Shown one piece after another: positions 13,172-25,899 of a DNA stretch of 64,000 nt. Below the pieces are notes generated by a model. That model made no database searches. It was given only the letters and a program-made list of their open reading frames with translations, and was not told where the DNA came from. The DNA lies in NCBI GenBank assembly GCA_026770705.1, contig JANJGN010000546.1:62001-126000 (forward strand). Reading direction: 5' to 3'. Positions within the stretch are counted from its first letter, which is position 1, and every line of letters starts with the position of its first letter. Position numbers and translations under genes: made by a program. The stretch comes from Isurus oxyrinchus (Eukaryota).

Positions 13172-13492
13172 AGCGCAGGACTCAACAAGACAGATCGCAG
13201 GTTTACCACAGAAAATGAACAACAATTTATATTTAAAGGGAAGAGAGTGCTGATTGGGTGGCAAGTGATCTCTGATTGGAGGAGAGTTGCCATGGAAAAT
13301 AATGTGTGCGAGCTGTAAAGTTTAGACAGCTTGTCTCTTCATTCAGCAATAATCAATTAAAGATCAATTAACTTCTATCGACTGTGAAGCACTTTGAGAG
13401 GCATGAGAATGTGGACACTGAGAACGGGCTGCACTGTCAGAGGGTCAGCGCTGAGGGAGTGCTGATGTGGAATGAAAGGTGTATGTACTTAC

Positions 13493-13789
13493 CTTGCACA
13501 GTTAGTACGAGGGTCCGCTCCGATGAAACAGATGGATATCTCACTCTGCAGCTGAGAGTGTGTCCGTGGTGTTTGAGTGATGGGATCAGGGTCAGAACAG
13601 AAGTATAGGTCAGAGTGACACCATGCTGAGTTACAGTGTTTGAGACTGATCCAGGTACGTCAGTGGGAGTGTCCCAGGTTAAGACAGGTGCTGCTGTTCC
13701 ATTGCACGTTGTGTTGAAGGTGCAGCTTACATCCACACGCTTTCCTGCAATAATTTCAGCAGGGAATATCGTGGGTTTATCAGTGAAAT
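13493..13789 (-). CDS. Gene B second C2-set Ig exon (297 nt, phase 1-1)
   Basis: FTDKPTIFPAEIIAGKRVDVSCTFNTTCNG...LSCRVRYP...LTVQ with TTAG acceptor and GTAAGT donor. Confidence 0.9.
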
Positions 13790-15104
13790 CTAACAGACAG
13801 AGAATGGATCCTTTTAGAGAAATATAACGTGAAGCATCAGTTCAAATAGAAACCACAGTCCCACAAGAGAAAGCACTTTTACAAGGATGATATCAGAACT
13901 GAGAGGTTACAACGATCATTTTAGAATTGTCTATTTTTACACTTGTTGAATCTCTGTCACTCAGATTAATACACTCTCACTCAGTGACCCTTGATTTGAC
14001 CAGACTGGGTGAGGGTGGAGGAACAGCTCACAGCTCGGGGAGAACAGACTCAGCATTTGGAAAAGGATATAGAGACACTGGAGAGGGTGGTAAAAAGCTT
14101 CACAAGGATGATCTCCGCAATGTGAGGCTTTACCTATCAGGAGAGGATGTACAGGCTGGGTCTCTGTTCTCTTGAACAGAGAAGGTTGAAGGGTGACCTC
14201 ATTTGACCTTTGAAGTAGTGAAAGGTTTTGATCGAGTAGACATGGAGAGAGTGTTTCCACTCATCACAATGAACAAAACCAGAGGCTGACAGTATAACAT
14301 CCTCACTAATAAATCCAATGGGGAATTCAGGAGAAACTTCTTTACCCAGAGAGTGGGGAGAATGTGTACTTCAAGAATCACTTCATTGGCTGTGAATCGA
14401 TTTAGGATCGTCCTGAGGTGGTGAAAGGCGCTATAGAAATGTGAGACTTGCTTTTGTATTTTGAAAGCAGGTTTCCAAGGATGAGATGGGAACTGAGAGG
14501 TCACAACAATCAGCAGCAACTTTCCTATTTTCAAACTTGGTGGGGAATGTGTCACTGAGCTGAATACACTTTCACTCCCAGACCCTTGAATTGCCAACAC
14601 TGGGGTGTGGGTGATGGAGCAGCCCACAGCTCATGGAACCCTGGCTCATCATTCTCTCAGAGATCTGGGTCACTGATCCCATTGCTCTCTGTGGGAGCTT
14701 CCTGTGTACAAACTCACTGCCACGTTAGACAGTGGCTATACTTCAAGAATTTCTTCATTGTCTGTGAAGTGATTTGAAGTTTGTTGAGGTGGTGAAAGGT
14801 GCTATAGGAATGCACGTCCTTCTTTTGTCAAATTGTTAGACTTTTAAACAGGATTAGAGAGACTGATGGGAGTGGATAGCCTGATAGCATTGATGGACAC
14901 AGTCAATACATTTAATCATTGACATTAAAGTGATTATTAGAGGTTGCTTTAAGACTGAACTGGAAGCAATCACCAGGTTATTGAGAATCAGACAGTGTGT
15001 AAAAATAAACTGTGTTTTGTGTTAATATGTAAACGTCACAGTTTGTGTTATTTCCCATTGAGTGTTGAATGTGAATTGTTGAGTAATTATAACACAGCAC
15101 TTAC

Positions 15105-15469
15105 CAGAAACATGAAGCTGGGTTACAGGATAGTAGTTGTATCTTTTCCTGCCGTCAAATTCTATCCTGAAAAAATAAGGTCCTGCATCTTCCCGTCTGA
15201 TGTTGTTTATAATCAGGGAACAGTCGCCATCTTTCAGGTCTCCAGACAGCCGGGTCCGATGGTGGAACCGTGGTAACTCGTGACTGTGATCCTTGGAGTG
15301 AAAGGCAATGGGAGAACCCAATTTGTGTGTTTCTTTATTACACCAGATTCCATCTCGTGGTTTGTTTTCCAACTCTACTGGATAACTGTAACGAAATGGA
15401 ATCTGTACACAGATTCCTGCGCTGTCACCTCTCGTGGAGTGTCACCTTTCCACTCTTGTGACAGTCCAG
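15105..15469 (-). pseudogene. Frameshifted V-set exon (B2) inside gene B
   Basis: 365 nt against 369 nt in paralogs: 4-nt deletion near 15410, TAG at 15375-15377, B-strand Cys changed to Phe. Splice sites intact. Confidence 0.88.
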
Positions 15470-15648
15470 CTGGGGAGAGAAATCTCAATATTTATCCCTG
15501 GATCCTCATTGTTTAATGAATCTCTTTGGATCTTCTTTGTCTAAGGAATCTTTTTGGATCCTCATTGTCTAAGGGATTATTTCTGATCCAAACCCCATAT
15601 TGTTGTATTGTTGATTCCGATGCAGCATTGTAGACTGACTTGTCCCCC

Positions 15649-18400
15649 AAAAAACTGTGTATCTCAGCCTTGAATATAATTAATGACCCAGCCTCTGCAG
15701 CTCTCTGCGGTATAGAATTCCACACATTCACTACCCTCTGAGAGAAGAAACTCCTCATCTCTGTCTTAAATGGGTGACCCCTTACTCTGAGATTATGCCC
15801 TCTGGTCCTAGACTCTCCCACAAGGGGAAACAACCTCTCAGCATCTACCCTGTCAAGCACCCTAAGAATCTTATATGTTTCAATAAGGTCAGCTCTCATT
15901 CTCCTAAACTCCAATGAGTACAGGCCCATCCTACTCAACCTCTCCTCATATGAAAATCCCTCCATTACTGGGATCAACCTAGTGAACCTTCTCTGGACTG
16001 CCTCCAATGCCAGTACATCTTTCCTTAGATAAGGGAACCAAAACTGCTCACAGTATTCTAGGTGTGGTCTAACGAGTGCCTTGTAAAGTTTTAGCAAGTC
16101 TTCCCTATTTTTATACTCCATTCCCTTTGAAATAAAGGCCAACATTCCACCTGCCTTCCCTATTAACTGCTGAACTTGTATGTTATCTTTCTGATGACCC
16201 CCAAATTCCTCTATGCTTCAGCTTTCTAATGTCTTTCTCCATTGAAATAATATTCAGCTCCTCTATACATCCTGCCACAGTGCAGCAGCTCACATTTTCC
16301 CACATTATATTCCATCTGCCAAGTTGATGCCCACTCACTGAACCTGTCTATGTCTCTCTGTAACTCTTCGTGTCACCCTCACCGCTTGCCTTCCCATCTA
16401 TTTTTGTGTCATCCGCAAACTTGGCGATAGTACATTAATTTCCCTCATCCAAGTCATTAATTATATATTGTAAATAATTGTGGCCCCAGCACTGATCCGT
16501 GTGGCAATCCACAGGTTGTCATCCTGAAAATGCCCCCCTTATCCCAACTCTCTGACTTCTATTAGTTAGCCGATCCTCTATCCATGCTAATATACTGCCC
16601 CCAACACCATGGGCTCTTATCTTATTAAGTAGCCTTATATGTGGTACTTTACTGAATGCCTTTTGGAAATCCAAATATATTACATCTACTGGTTCCCCTT
16701 TATCTATCCTGTTTGTTACCTCCTCAAAGAATTCTAATAAATTTGTCATGCATGATTTCCCCTTCATGAAGCCTGTGTTTGTTTAAATTATGCATTTCTA
16801 AATAGTCTGCTATTACATCCTTTATAATGGACTCTAACATGTTCCCAATGACAGATGTTAAGCTAACTGGCCTATAGTTACCTGTTTGTTGTCTCCCTCC
16901 CTTTTTGAATATGGGTGTTACTTTGGCAGATTTCCAATCCTCTGGGAGTTTCCCAGAATCTAAGGATTCTTGGAAGATTAAAACCAGTACATCCACTATC
17001 TCTGCATCTACTTCCTTTAATATCCTAAGATGCAACCTATCAGGTCCAGGAGACCTATCAGACTTGAGACCCATTAGTTTCGCTAGCGTTATTCTCTAGT
17101 GATAGTTATTGTATTTATTTCCTCTCCCCACCCCCCTTTTGCCCCTTGATTATTTAGTATTTTTGGAATGATATTAGTGTGTTCTACTGTGAAGACTGAT
17201 GCAAAGTATTTATTCAACTCCTCTGTCATTTTCTGGTTCCCCATTATTATTTCCCCAGCCTAGTTCTCTAAGGGGCCCATGTTCACTTTGGTCTCTCTCT
17301 CCCTTTTTATATATTTAAAGAAGCTTTTACTGTCCTTTTTTATATCAATTACTAGTTTACCTAGTTTTCTCCCTCTTTATTTATTTTTTGGTCATCTTCT
17401 GTTGGTTTTTAAAACTCTCTCAATCCTCTGGCTTACCACTAATCTTTGTCGTGCTGCATGTTTTTTCTTTCAATTTGACACACACCTTAACTTCTTTGGG
17501 TAACCCAGGTTGGTTTATTCTCTTCCTACAATCCTTCTTCCTCACTGGGATATATCTTTGTTGTGAGTCATGAGCTATTTTGTTAAAGATCTGCCATTGT
17601 TCATCCAGCATCTTTTCTGCTAAACCCCTTTCCCAGTCCACTCCAGACAACCCTGTCCTTATTCCTTTGTCATTACACTTATTTAAGTCCAGCACAGTTG
17701 TTTCCGACCCACGTTTCTCAGTCTCAAACGGAATGCTAAATTCTACCATGTTATGGTCACTGTTTTCCAGGGGATCATTTATTCTGAGATCATGTATGAA
17801 ACCTGCCTCATTACACATTACCAGATCCAAAATAGCCTGATCACTGGTTAGATCCACGACATATTATTCCAGGAAACTGTCTTGAATACACTCTATGAAT
17901 TCTTGCTCATGGCTACCTCTGCCAATTGGGTTTTCCCAATCTACATGAAGATTAATGTACTGCCTTTTTTACATGCCCTCATTATCTCATGATTTATTCT
18001 CTGTCCTATAGCCGAGCTACAGTCATGGGGTTGATAGACCACTCCCACCAGTTCCTTCCTCCACTTGTTATTCATTACCTCGAGCCATATGGATTCTATA
18101 CCCTCCGATCCAAGATCATTTCTTGCTTTCGTACTTATTCCATCTCCTATTAACAAAGCTACCCCACCACCTTTCCTTCCTGCCTGTCTTTTTGAAAAGT
18201 CACATACCCCTGAATATTTATTTCAAAGCTTTGATCTCCTTGTAACCATGTCTCCATAATGGCTATAAGATCAAACCCATTAACCTCTATTTGTGCCTTT
18301 AATTCATTTATGTTGTTCCAAATACTATGTGCATTTAAGTCAAGAGCCATTAATTTTGTCTTTTTATCATTTTCCTCCCTCTGACACTATTTGCTGATGT
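15649..18400 (-). mobile_element. CR1 LINE, long degenerate ORF2 (endonuclease to RT to C-terminus)
   Basis: LIAIMETWL, NYRPVSLTSVIG, GKSCMTNLLEFFEEVT, YLDFQKAF, LVRPHLEYC. Confidence 0.92.
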
Positions 18401-18549
18401 ATTTTAATGTTTGGACACTGTGTACCCACCTGTCACACACTGGGTATCATCACCAAAACAGCTATCCTGCAATGCTGACAAATCCTTTTGCTTTGTAAGC
18501 CTACATATACCCTCTCCAGAACACTCTCCCCATCTATTTAGTTTAAAGG

Positions 18550-20370
18550 CAATACTGAGGGAGAGCAGCACTGTCAAAGGGTCATTACTGAGGGAGTGTT
18601 GCACAGTTGGAAGCTCTGGAACAAGGGACTGCAGCATTATCTGAGGGTCAGTCGGGAGGGAGGTATTCAATGTTGGATTGTAAGATCTGAGGGAGCGCTG
18701 CAGAGTTGGAGCTTCAGTAGTGAAGGAGTGCTGCACTGTCAGAGGGTCAGTACTGAGGGAGTGCTGCACTGTCAGAGGGTCAGTACTGAGGGAGTGCTGC
18801 ACTGTTGGAGGGTCCGTACTGTGGGAGTGCTGCACGGATGGAGGATCAGTACAGAGAGATTTCTAAACTGTTGGAGGATCAGTACTGAGAGAGTGCTGCA
18901 CTGTCAGAGGGTCAGTACTGAGGGAGTGCTGCACTGTCAGAGGGTCAGTACTGAGGGAGTGCTGCACTGTCAGCGGGTCAGTTCTGAGAGAGTGTTGCAC
19001 TATCAGAGGGACAGGACTGAGGGAGTGCTGCACTGTCAGAGGGTCAGTACTGAAGGAGTGCTGCACTGTCGGAGGGTCAGTACTGAGGGAGTGCTGCACT
19101 GTTGGAGGGACATTATTGAGGGAGTGCTGCGATGTCGGAGGATCAGTACTGAGGGAGTGCTGCACGATCAGGGGGTCAGTACTGAGGGATTGCAACACTG
19201 TTGCAGGGTCTGTACTGATTGAGTGCTGCACTGTTGGAGGGTCAGTACTAAGGGAGTGCTGCACTGTCAGAGGGTCAGTACTGAAGGAGTGCTGCACTGT
19301 CGGAGAGTCAGTACTGAGGAGGTGCTGCACTGTCGGAGGATCAGAACTGAGGGGGTGCTGCACTGTCAGAGGGTCAGTACTGAGGGAGTGCTGCACTGTC
19401 AAAGGGTCAGTACTGAGGGAGTGCTGCCCTGTCAGAGGGTCAGTATTGAGGGAGTGCTGCACAGTCAGAGGGCCAGTACTGAGGGAGAGCTGCACTGTCG
19501 GAGGGTCAGTACTAAGGGAATGCTGTACAGTCAGAGGGTCAGTACTGAGGGAATGCTGTACAGTCAGAAGGTCAGTACTGAGTGAGTGCTGCACGGTCAG
19601 GGGGTCAGTACTGAGGGAGTGCTGCACTGTCAGAGGGTCAGTACTGAGGGAGTGCTGCACTGTCAGAGGGTCAGTACTGAGGGAGTGCTGCACTGTCAGG
19701 GGGTCAGTACTGAGGGAGTGCTGCACTGTCAGAGGGTCAGTACTGAGGGAGTGCTGCACTGTCAGAGGGTCAGTACTGAGGGAGTGCTGCACTGTCAGGG
19801 GGTGAGTACTGAGGGAGTGCTGCACTGTCAGAGGTTCAGTATTGAGTGAGTACTGCACTGTCAGAGGGTCAGTACTGAGGGAGTGCTGCACTGTCAGGGG
19901 GTCAGTACTGAGGGAGTGCTGTACTGTCAGAGGTTCAGTTTTGAGTGAGTGCTGCACTGTCAGAGGGTCAGTACTGAGGGAGTGCTGCACTGTCAGGGGG
20001 TCAGTACTGAGGGAGTGCTGCACTGTCAGAGGGTCAGTACTGAGGGAGTGCTGCACTGTCAGAGGGTCAGTACTGAGGGAGTGCTGCACTGTCGGAGGGT
20101 CAGTACTGAGGGAGTGCTGCACTGTCAGGGGGTGAGTACTGAGGGAGTGCTGCACTGTCAGAGGGTCAGTACTGAGGGTGTACTGCACTGTCAGAGGGTC
20201 AGTACTGAGGGAGTGCTGCACTGTCAGGGGGTCAGTACTGAGTGAGTGCTGCACTGTCAGAGGTTCAGTACTGAGGGAGTGCTGCACTGTCAGAGGGTCA
20301 GTACTGAGGGAGTGCTGCACTGTCAGAGGGTCAGTACTGAGGGAGTGCTGCACTGTCAGGGGGTGAGTAC
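18550..20370. repeat. 33-bp satellite array (ACTGAGGGAGTGCTGCACTGTCAGAGGGTCAGT)
   Basis: About 55 tandem units. Confidence 0.95.
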
Positions 20371-20581
20371 ATTGCGATTCCTGCTCTGCTCTATCGGTCT
20401 CTTGGCTGGAAATAAAAGCCGCTGTGTTACTGTTCAGAAACTGTTATTAATTGTGTTCCGGTCACAATTTTCCCTAAAAAACAGATTCTCTGATTCTCAT
20501 CAGAATACCTTTCTATGGGATCCTGCTGTGCATTATCTACACTGTTCTAGCTAATGTAGAATAAAAGGTGTCCGTACTTAC

Positions 20582-20878
20582 ATTGCACAGTTAGTACGAG
20601 GGTCCGCTCTGATGAAACAGATGGATATCTCACTCTGCAGCTGAGTGTGTGTCCGTGGTGTTTGAGTGATGGGATCAGGGTCAGAACAGAAGTATAGGTC
20701 AGAGTGACACCATGCTGAGTTACAGTGTTTGAGACTGATCCAGGTACGTCAGTGGGAGTGTCCCAGGTTAAGACAGGTGCTGCTGTTCCATTGCACGTTG
20801 TGTTGAAGGTGCAGCTTACATCCACACGCTTTCCTGCAATAATTTCCGCAGGGAATATTGTGGGTTTATCTGTGAAAT
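20582..20878 (-). CDS. Gene B first C2-set Ig exon (297 nt, phase 1-1)
   Basis: Same peptide as 13493-13789. Extra Cys (CTFNTTC) typical of the Siglec inter-domain disulfide. T|GTAAGT donor. Confidence 0.9.
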
Positions 20879-21737
20879 CTAACAGACAGAGAATGGATCC
20901 TTTTAGAGAAATATAACGTGAAGCATCAGTTCAAATAGAAATCACAGTCCCACAAGAGAAAGCACTTTTACAAGGATGATATCAGAACTGAGAGGTTACA
21001 ATGATCAGGAGAGATTTTCTTGCTCTTTGGCAGTAGTGTTTCTGTCTCTCAGCTTAATACACGTTCACTCCGAGACAGGTGAATTGAGAACACTGGATGA
21101 GAGAAGAGGCTCAGACCAGAGATTGGAGTTAAAAGCAGAATACTGTGGATGCTGGAAATCTGAAACCAAAACAAAAATTGCTGGAAAGACTCAGCAGGTC
21201 TGACAGTATCAGTGGAGAGGAAGACAGGGTTAACGTTTCGAGTCCGTATGACTCTTCATCAGACCAGAGGTTTGAGTTCACTGGCTTCTCATTTCCTCAG
21301 CGATCTGGGTGATTTATTACATTGTGGTTTGCTGGATCTTGCTGTGCACAAACTGCCAGCTGTGTTTAACATCTGTGACCACAATTCAGGAATAATTTCA
21401 TTGGCTGTGAAGGGATTTGGATCCTCCTGAGGTGGTAAATTGCGCTGCAGAAATGCACATCTTTCTTTTATCGATAAGTCAGACTTTTAAACAGGACAGG
21501 AGAGATTGATGGGAGTGGATAACCTGATAATACAGTTAATGCTTTTCATCATTGATATTAAAGTGAGTATTAGAGGTTGCTTTAGGACTCAACTGGAAGC
21601 TATCACCAGGTTATTGAGAATCAGACAGTGTGTTATAATAAGCTGTGTTTTGTGTTAATACGTAAACGTCACAGTTTGTGTTATTTCCCATTGAGTGTTG
21701 AATGTGAATTGTTGAGTAATTATAACACAGCACTTAC

Positions 21738-22106
21738 CAGAAACGTGAAGCTGGGTTACAGGGTAATAGTTATGGCTCGGACCATTGTCAAATTCTATTC
21801 TGAAATAATAAGTTCCTGCATCTTCCCGTCTGATGTTGTTTATAATCAGGGAACAGTCGCCATCTTTCAGGTCTCCAGACAGCCGGGTCCGATGGCGGAA
21901 CCGTGGTAACTCGTGACTGTGATCCTTGGAGTGAAAGGCAATGGGAGCCCAGGGAATCTGTTCCTCATTATTAAACCAGAGTCCACCTCGCGGTTGGCTT
22001 TCCAAATGTGATGGGTAACTGTAATGACATGGAATCTGTACACACGAACCTTCCTGCGCTGTCACCTCTCGGGGACTGTCACCTTTCCACTCTTGTGACA
22101 GTCCAA
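21738..22106 (-). CDS. Gene B V-set Ig exon with the essential Arg intact (GTYYFRIE)
   Basis: 369-nt open exon, canonical splice sites, Siglec Cys pattern. Confidence 0.92.
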
Positions 22107-23642
22107 CTGGGGAGAGAAATATCAATATTTAACTCTGGAAGGTTTGTAGATCCATTAGACTCGATATCCACCCCCTCCATCACTGGGGCACAGTGGCTGC
22201 AGTGTGGACCATATACAGGACACACAAGGAACTCCTCAAGGTTTCACAATGGATGGAAGAGAATCCTGGACACAGGAGTGGACAAGTTCATTCTACATTG
22301 GCTCATGGTCCTCAGGACCCTGTTTAGTGAAGCCAGTGAGACAGTGTCACTGTGCCTTGTATTATAATGCTCCTGTGTAGCCCCTTGGATTGTTTTTTGT
22401 TACAGTTAAGGCGCTATGTAAATATAATCTATTGCTCTCTGCTCATCTGGACCATTTGGATTCTTCATTTCAAGCGGCCTGGTGACTGCTTCATGTTCAG
22501 TGCAAATGCAGCCTCTAATTATCACTTTAATGTCAATGATTAAATGTGACCCAACACTGTGTCTACAAGACACACCAACTGAGATCCATTCAGTGCTGAT
22601 TTACAAGACAGGACAATGGATTAGGAGCCCTCAGAACTCCCCCCATTATCACCGTCATGAATCACTAATTAGCCTAACATTCCTGTCTGCTCTTCAACAC
22701 AGCTGATTGGTTAATCTGGTTCAATATGATTGGTGCACTTTAGACCTTCATTGTCTGAGGAATCTCTTTGGATCCTCATTGTTTCAGGAATCTCTTTGGA
22801 TCCTCATTGTCTAAGGAATCTCTATGGATCCTCATTGTCTAAGGGATTATTTCTGATCCAAACCCCATATTGTTGTATTGTTGATTCCGATGCAGCATTG
22901 TAGACTGACTTGTCCCCAAGCTCAGCACTGACCCTACTCCAGCAGACACTGTGAAACACACTAACAAAGCGCCTCTCGCCTGAGCTCTGCATGTGTCAAG
23001 AGCAAAGACAAATATACAAACTGTATATTGACACCTTTACACACGGACAGCTTTGCCTTCCTTCTCTCTTTCAGTTATCTTGCTCCCTTATTGAAGTATC
23101 TAGCAAGGTGAGAATGGACAGGAAGTGTGACACTGAACAGCCTGTCTATTCTAGGAGCTGCTGTGTTGTCTTCATGGGAAATTCTGAATAAAATCAGCAA
23201 AAGACACATTTTAGGATATTGCTATCAGACACCTAACATAGGGAGAGACTTCATCCTCCAGTTTTTATCCCTGATTTTCTACTCAACCTTTTACCACCCT
23301 TCCCCCCATCCACACTGACTTACATAGGCTCCCAGTCAAGCAGTGCCTCCATTTTAAGATTCTCATCCTCAATTCCCAATCCCCCCAACCCCCTCTCCAG
23401 TCCCTACCTCTGTAACCTCATCCAGCCCCTTCACCCCTCTGAGATCTCTGCTCTCCTCCAATTCTGCTGTCAGACAGGGAGTCAGTGTATATCAGTGAGC
23501 ACAGGGGTGATGGGTCAATGGGACTTGGTGTGAGTTTGTACACTGGCTCACTGCTGAATCTGTTCCCTATCAGAGCTCAATAAGAATGATCTTTTACAAA
23601 GACTATTCACCATAAATCTGTCCGAGCTGACGATGATATTAC

Positions 23643-23682
23643 CTTGGAGAAGTGACAGGAGGAAGTAAGATTTCCCGATCAT
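23643..23682 (-). CDS. Gene B signal-peptide exon, coding part MIGKSYFLLSLLQ (whole exon 23643-23724)
   Basis: ATG at 23682 and phase-1 GTAAT donor. Confidence 0.88.
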
Positions 23683-24133
23683 TGTCCACTCCCAGATAAT
23701 TCCTCAGCTTCTAACTCTGATTTTCTGAAAGAGAAAGGAGTTAATGAGACCTCACCTCTTGTCCGACAGCTCTCGAGAGATTAGAACTGCTTTTAGACAA
23801 TGTCTTCACGGATCTAATTTGATTCTCTGTGGGATGATAGGTGCTCTGCAGAGAGTTACAAGGCTTTAAGAAAGGAAAACATTGAAGGACTTGCATTTCT
23901 ATAGCACCTTTCAACACCTCAGGATATCCCAAAGCTCATGTCCCTGCTCTTCCCTCATCCCTTGAGCTAGAAAGATGTTCTGTACAACAGACTTGAGCCT
24001 CACACCCAGATCTCAATAATCAGTAGAAATCTTTCAAAGGCATCAATCATTGGAATCTATCTTTATAAAGTCACAACATCAACAAAGGACGGTGTTGGTG
24101 GTGGAAGTGAATTCCAATCGTTCCGTTACTTAC

Positions 24134-24274
24134 CCAGGACCTGTCCGACTGCTCGCCTGGGGAAGAACTGCCCACACGCTCTGCTTGGGCTGAATGACCT
24201 CTTTCTGTGCTGCTCCCTCTGTGTGTTTAATTAGAAAGGGTTGATGTGTCACTGTGAGTCAAAATGTGGAAGTG
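24134..24274 (-). promoter_or_regulatory. Gene B putative exon 1 and promoter
   Basis: Paralog of 7214-7354 with GTAAGT donor and AAAATGTGGAAGTG ETS-type motif. Confidence 0.6.
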
Positions 24275-24504
24275 GTCACTTTATGAGAATGCAACTGATG
24301 TTTAGAGTTTTTTGAAGCTGTTAACCCTTTGCATTCTGGACTTGTGATGATATTTCTGCTCAAAAGTGGAAAGTCATTGACCAGGAATTCTCCTGTGGGT
24401 CATTGGGATTCAAACCCTCTCTCGCTGTCTGAGTGAGAAGGTCGTCTGTTCGAGATTCATTTGGCAAAATTCAGACTGACAAACCAGACCGGCAATCGGT
24501 GTCA

Positions 24505-24897
24505 GGACTGAGAGTCCTGCACTGTCAGAGGGTCATTCCTGAGGGCATGCTGCACTGTTGGAGGGTCAGTACTGAAGCAGTGCTGCACTGTCAGAGGCTC
24601 AGTATTGTGGTAGTGCTGCACTGCCAGAGGGTCAGTACTGAGGGAATGCTGCACTGTCAGAGGCTCAGTATTGTGGGAGTGCTGCACTGCCAGAGGGTCA
24701 GTACTGAGGGAGTGCTGCACTGTCAGAGAGTCATTCCTGAGGGCGTGCTGCACTGTTGAAGGGTCAGTATTGTGGGAGTGTTGCACTGCCAGAGGGTCAG
24801 TACTGAGGGAGTGCTGCACTGTCAGAGGGTCAGTACTGAGGGAGTGCTGCACTGTTGGAGAATCAGTACTGAGGGAGTGCTGCACTGTCAGAGGATC
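24505..24897. repeat. 33-bp satellite array
   Basis: Tandem units. Confidence 0.9.
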
Positions 24898-24899
24898 AA

Positions 24900-25050
24900 A
24901 TTATTTCTGATCCAAACCCCATATTGTTGTATTGTTGATTCCGATGCAGCATTGTAGACTGACTTGTCCCCAAGCTCAGCACTGACCCTACTCCAGCAGA
25001 GACTGTGAAACACACTAACACAGTGCCTCTAGCCTGAGCTCTGCATGTGT
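24900..25050 (-). other. Orphan fragment of Siglec-gene intron 2
   Basis: TTATTTCTGATCCAAACCCCATATTG... matches about 22848-22995, 15578-15648 and (inverted) 38335-38480. Confidence 0.8.
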
Positions 25051-25899
25051 CGGAGGTGCCGCTGTGGTGGGTTCATGACCTTCACCATCCGCTTCACTGA
25101 GTTTCGGTTAAAACTGAACTGGAACACACACTAAACACTGATGGAAACCATCACTTCCTCTTCTCCAACATGAAGAGTTTCAGCAGAAGAAGTAAACTGT
25201 TGCTGAAAAGGAACTTTCTTCATCATATCACAGAATCACACAGAATAGCAGGAGGCCATTCATGCCATTTTGGCTGTGCTAGCTCTTTAAAAGAAGCACA
25301 CAATTGGTTTCAATCCACCTCTCTTCCCCCATCGTCCTTCAAATTCTTCCTGTCTCAGATTGAATCCAAATTCATGAATATAAATCCCCTCAGATGGGAG
25401 TAACCATCACTGAGCAGGCAGGTTAGGTTTTATTGTGCACAGCGAGTTGCTGTGATCTGGAAGGTGCTGCCTGAAAGGGCGGTGGAAGCAGATTCAATAG
25501 GATCTTTCAAAATACTTGCAGAGTGTGAGAGAATGGGAGATTGGGACCAATTGGATATCTGTCCCAGGAGACCAGGACAGGGACAATGGGCTGAGTGGCC
25601 TCTTTCTGTGCTGTTTGATTCTGTGGTTTTCTAATATTTATCTGCGCTGCAGATCAGAGACAAACAGGAAACAATAAACTTCTGATCTTTCCACACAGGC
25701 TGAATTGTCATCTCTTTATTTTCAGCCAGTTTGCTTAATTCTTGTGGTTTGGTGGTGAAACTGTGCAGCAAGTGTGAGTGTTGGGTTGTAGATCTGTCTA
25801 TTCTGACTGCTGCTGTGCTCATGGTGACTTCTCAATTACATGAGAGTCTCTGAGATCCTCCACACCCAAGGATTAAGGAGAGACTTCCAAAGATTCAGG

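Noticed and set aside
14199-14627. 142-aa ORF conserved with 39377-39805
   Set aside because: Similarity reflects recent intron duplication and the sequence is made of SINE/CR1 fragments
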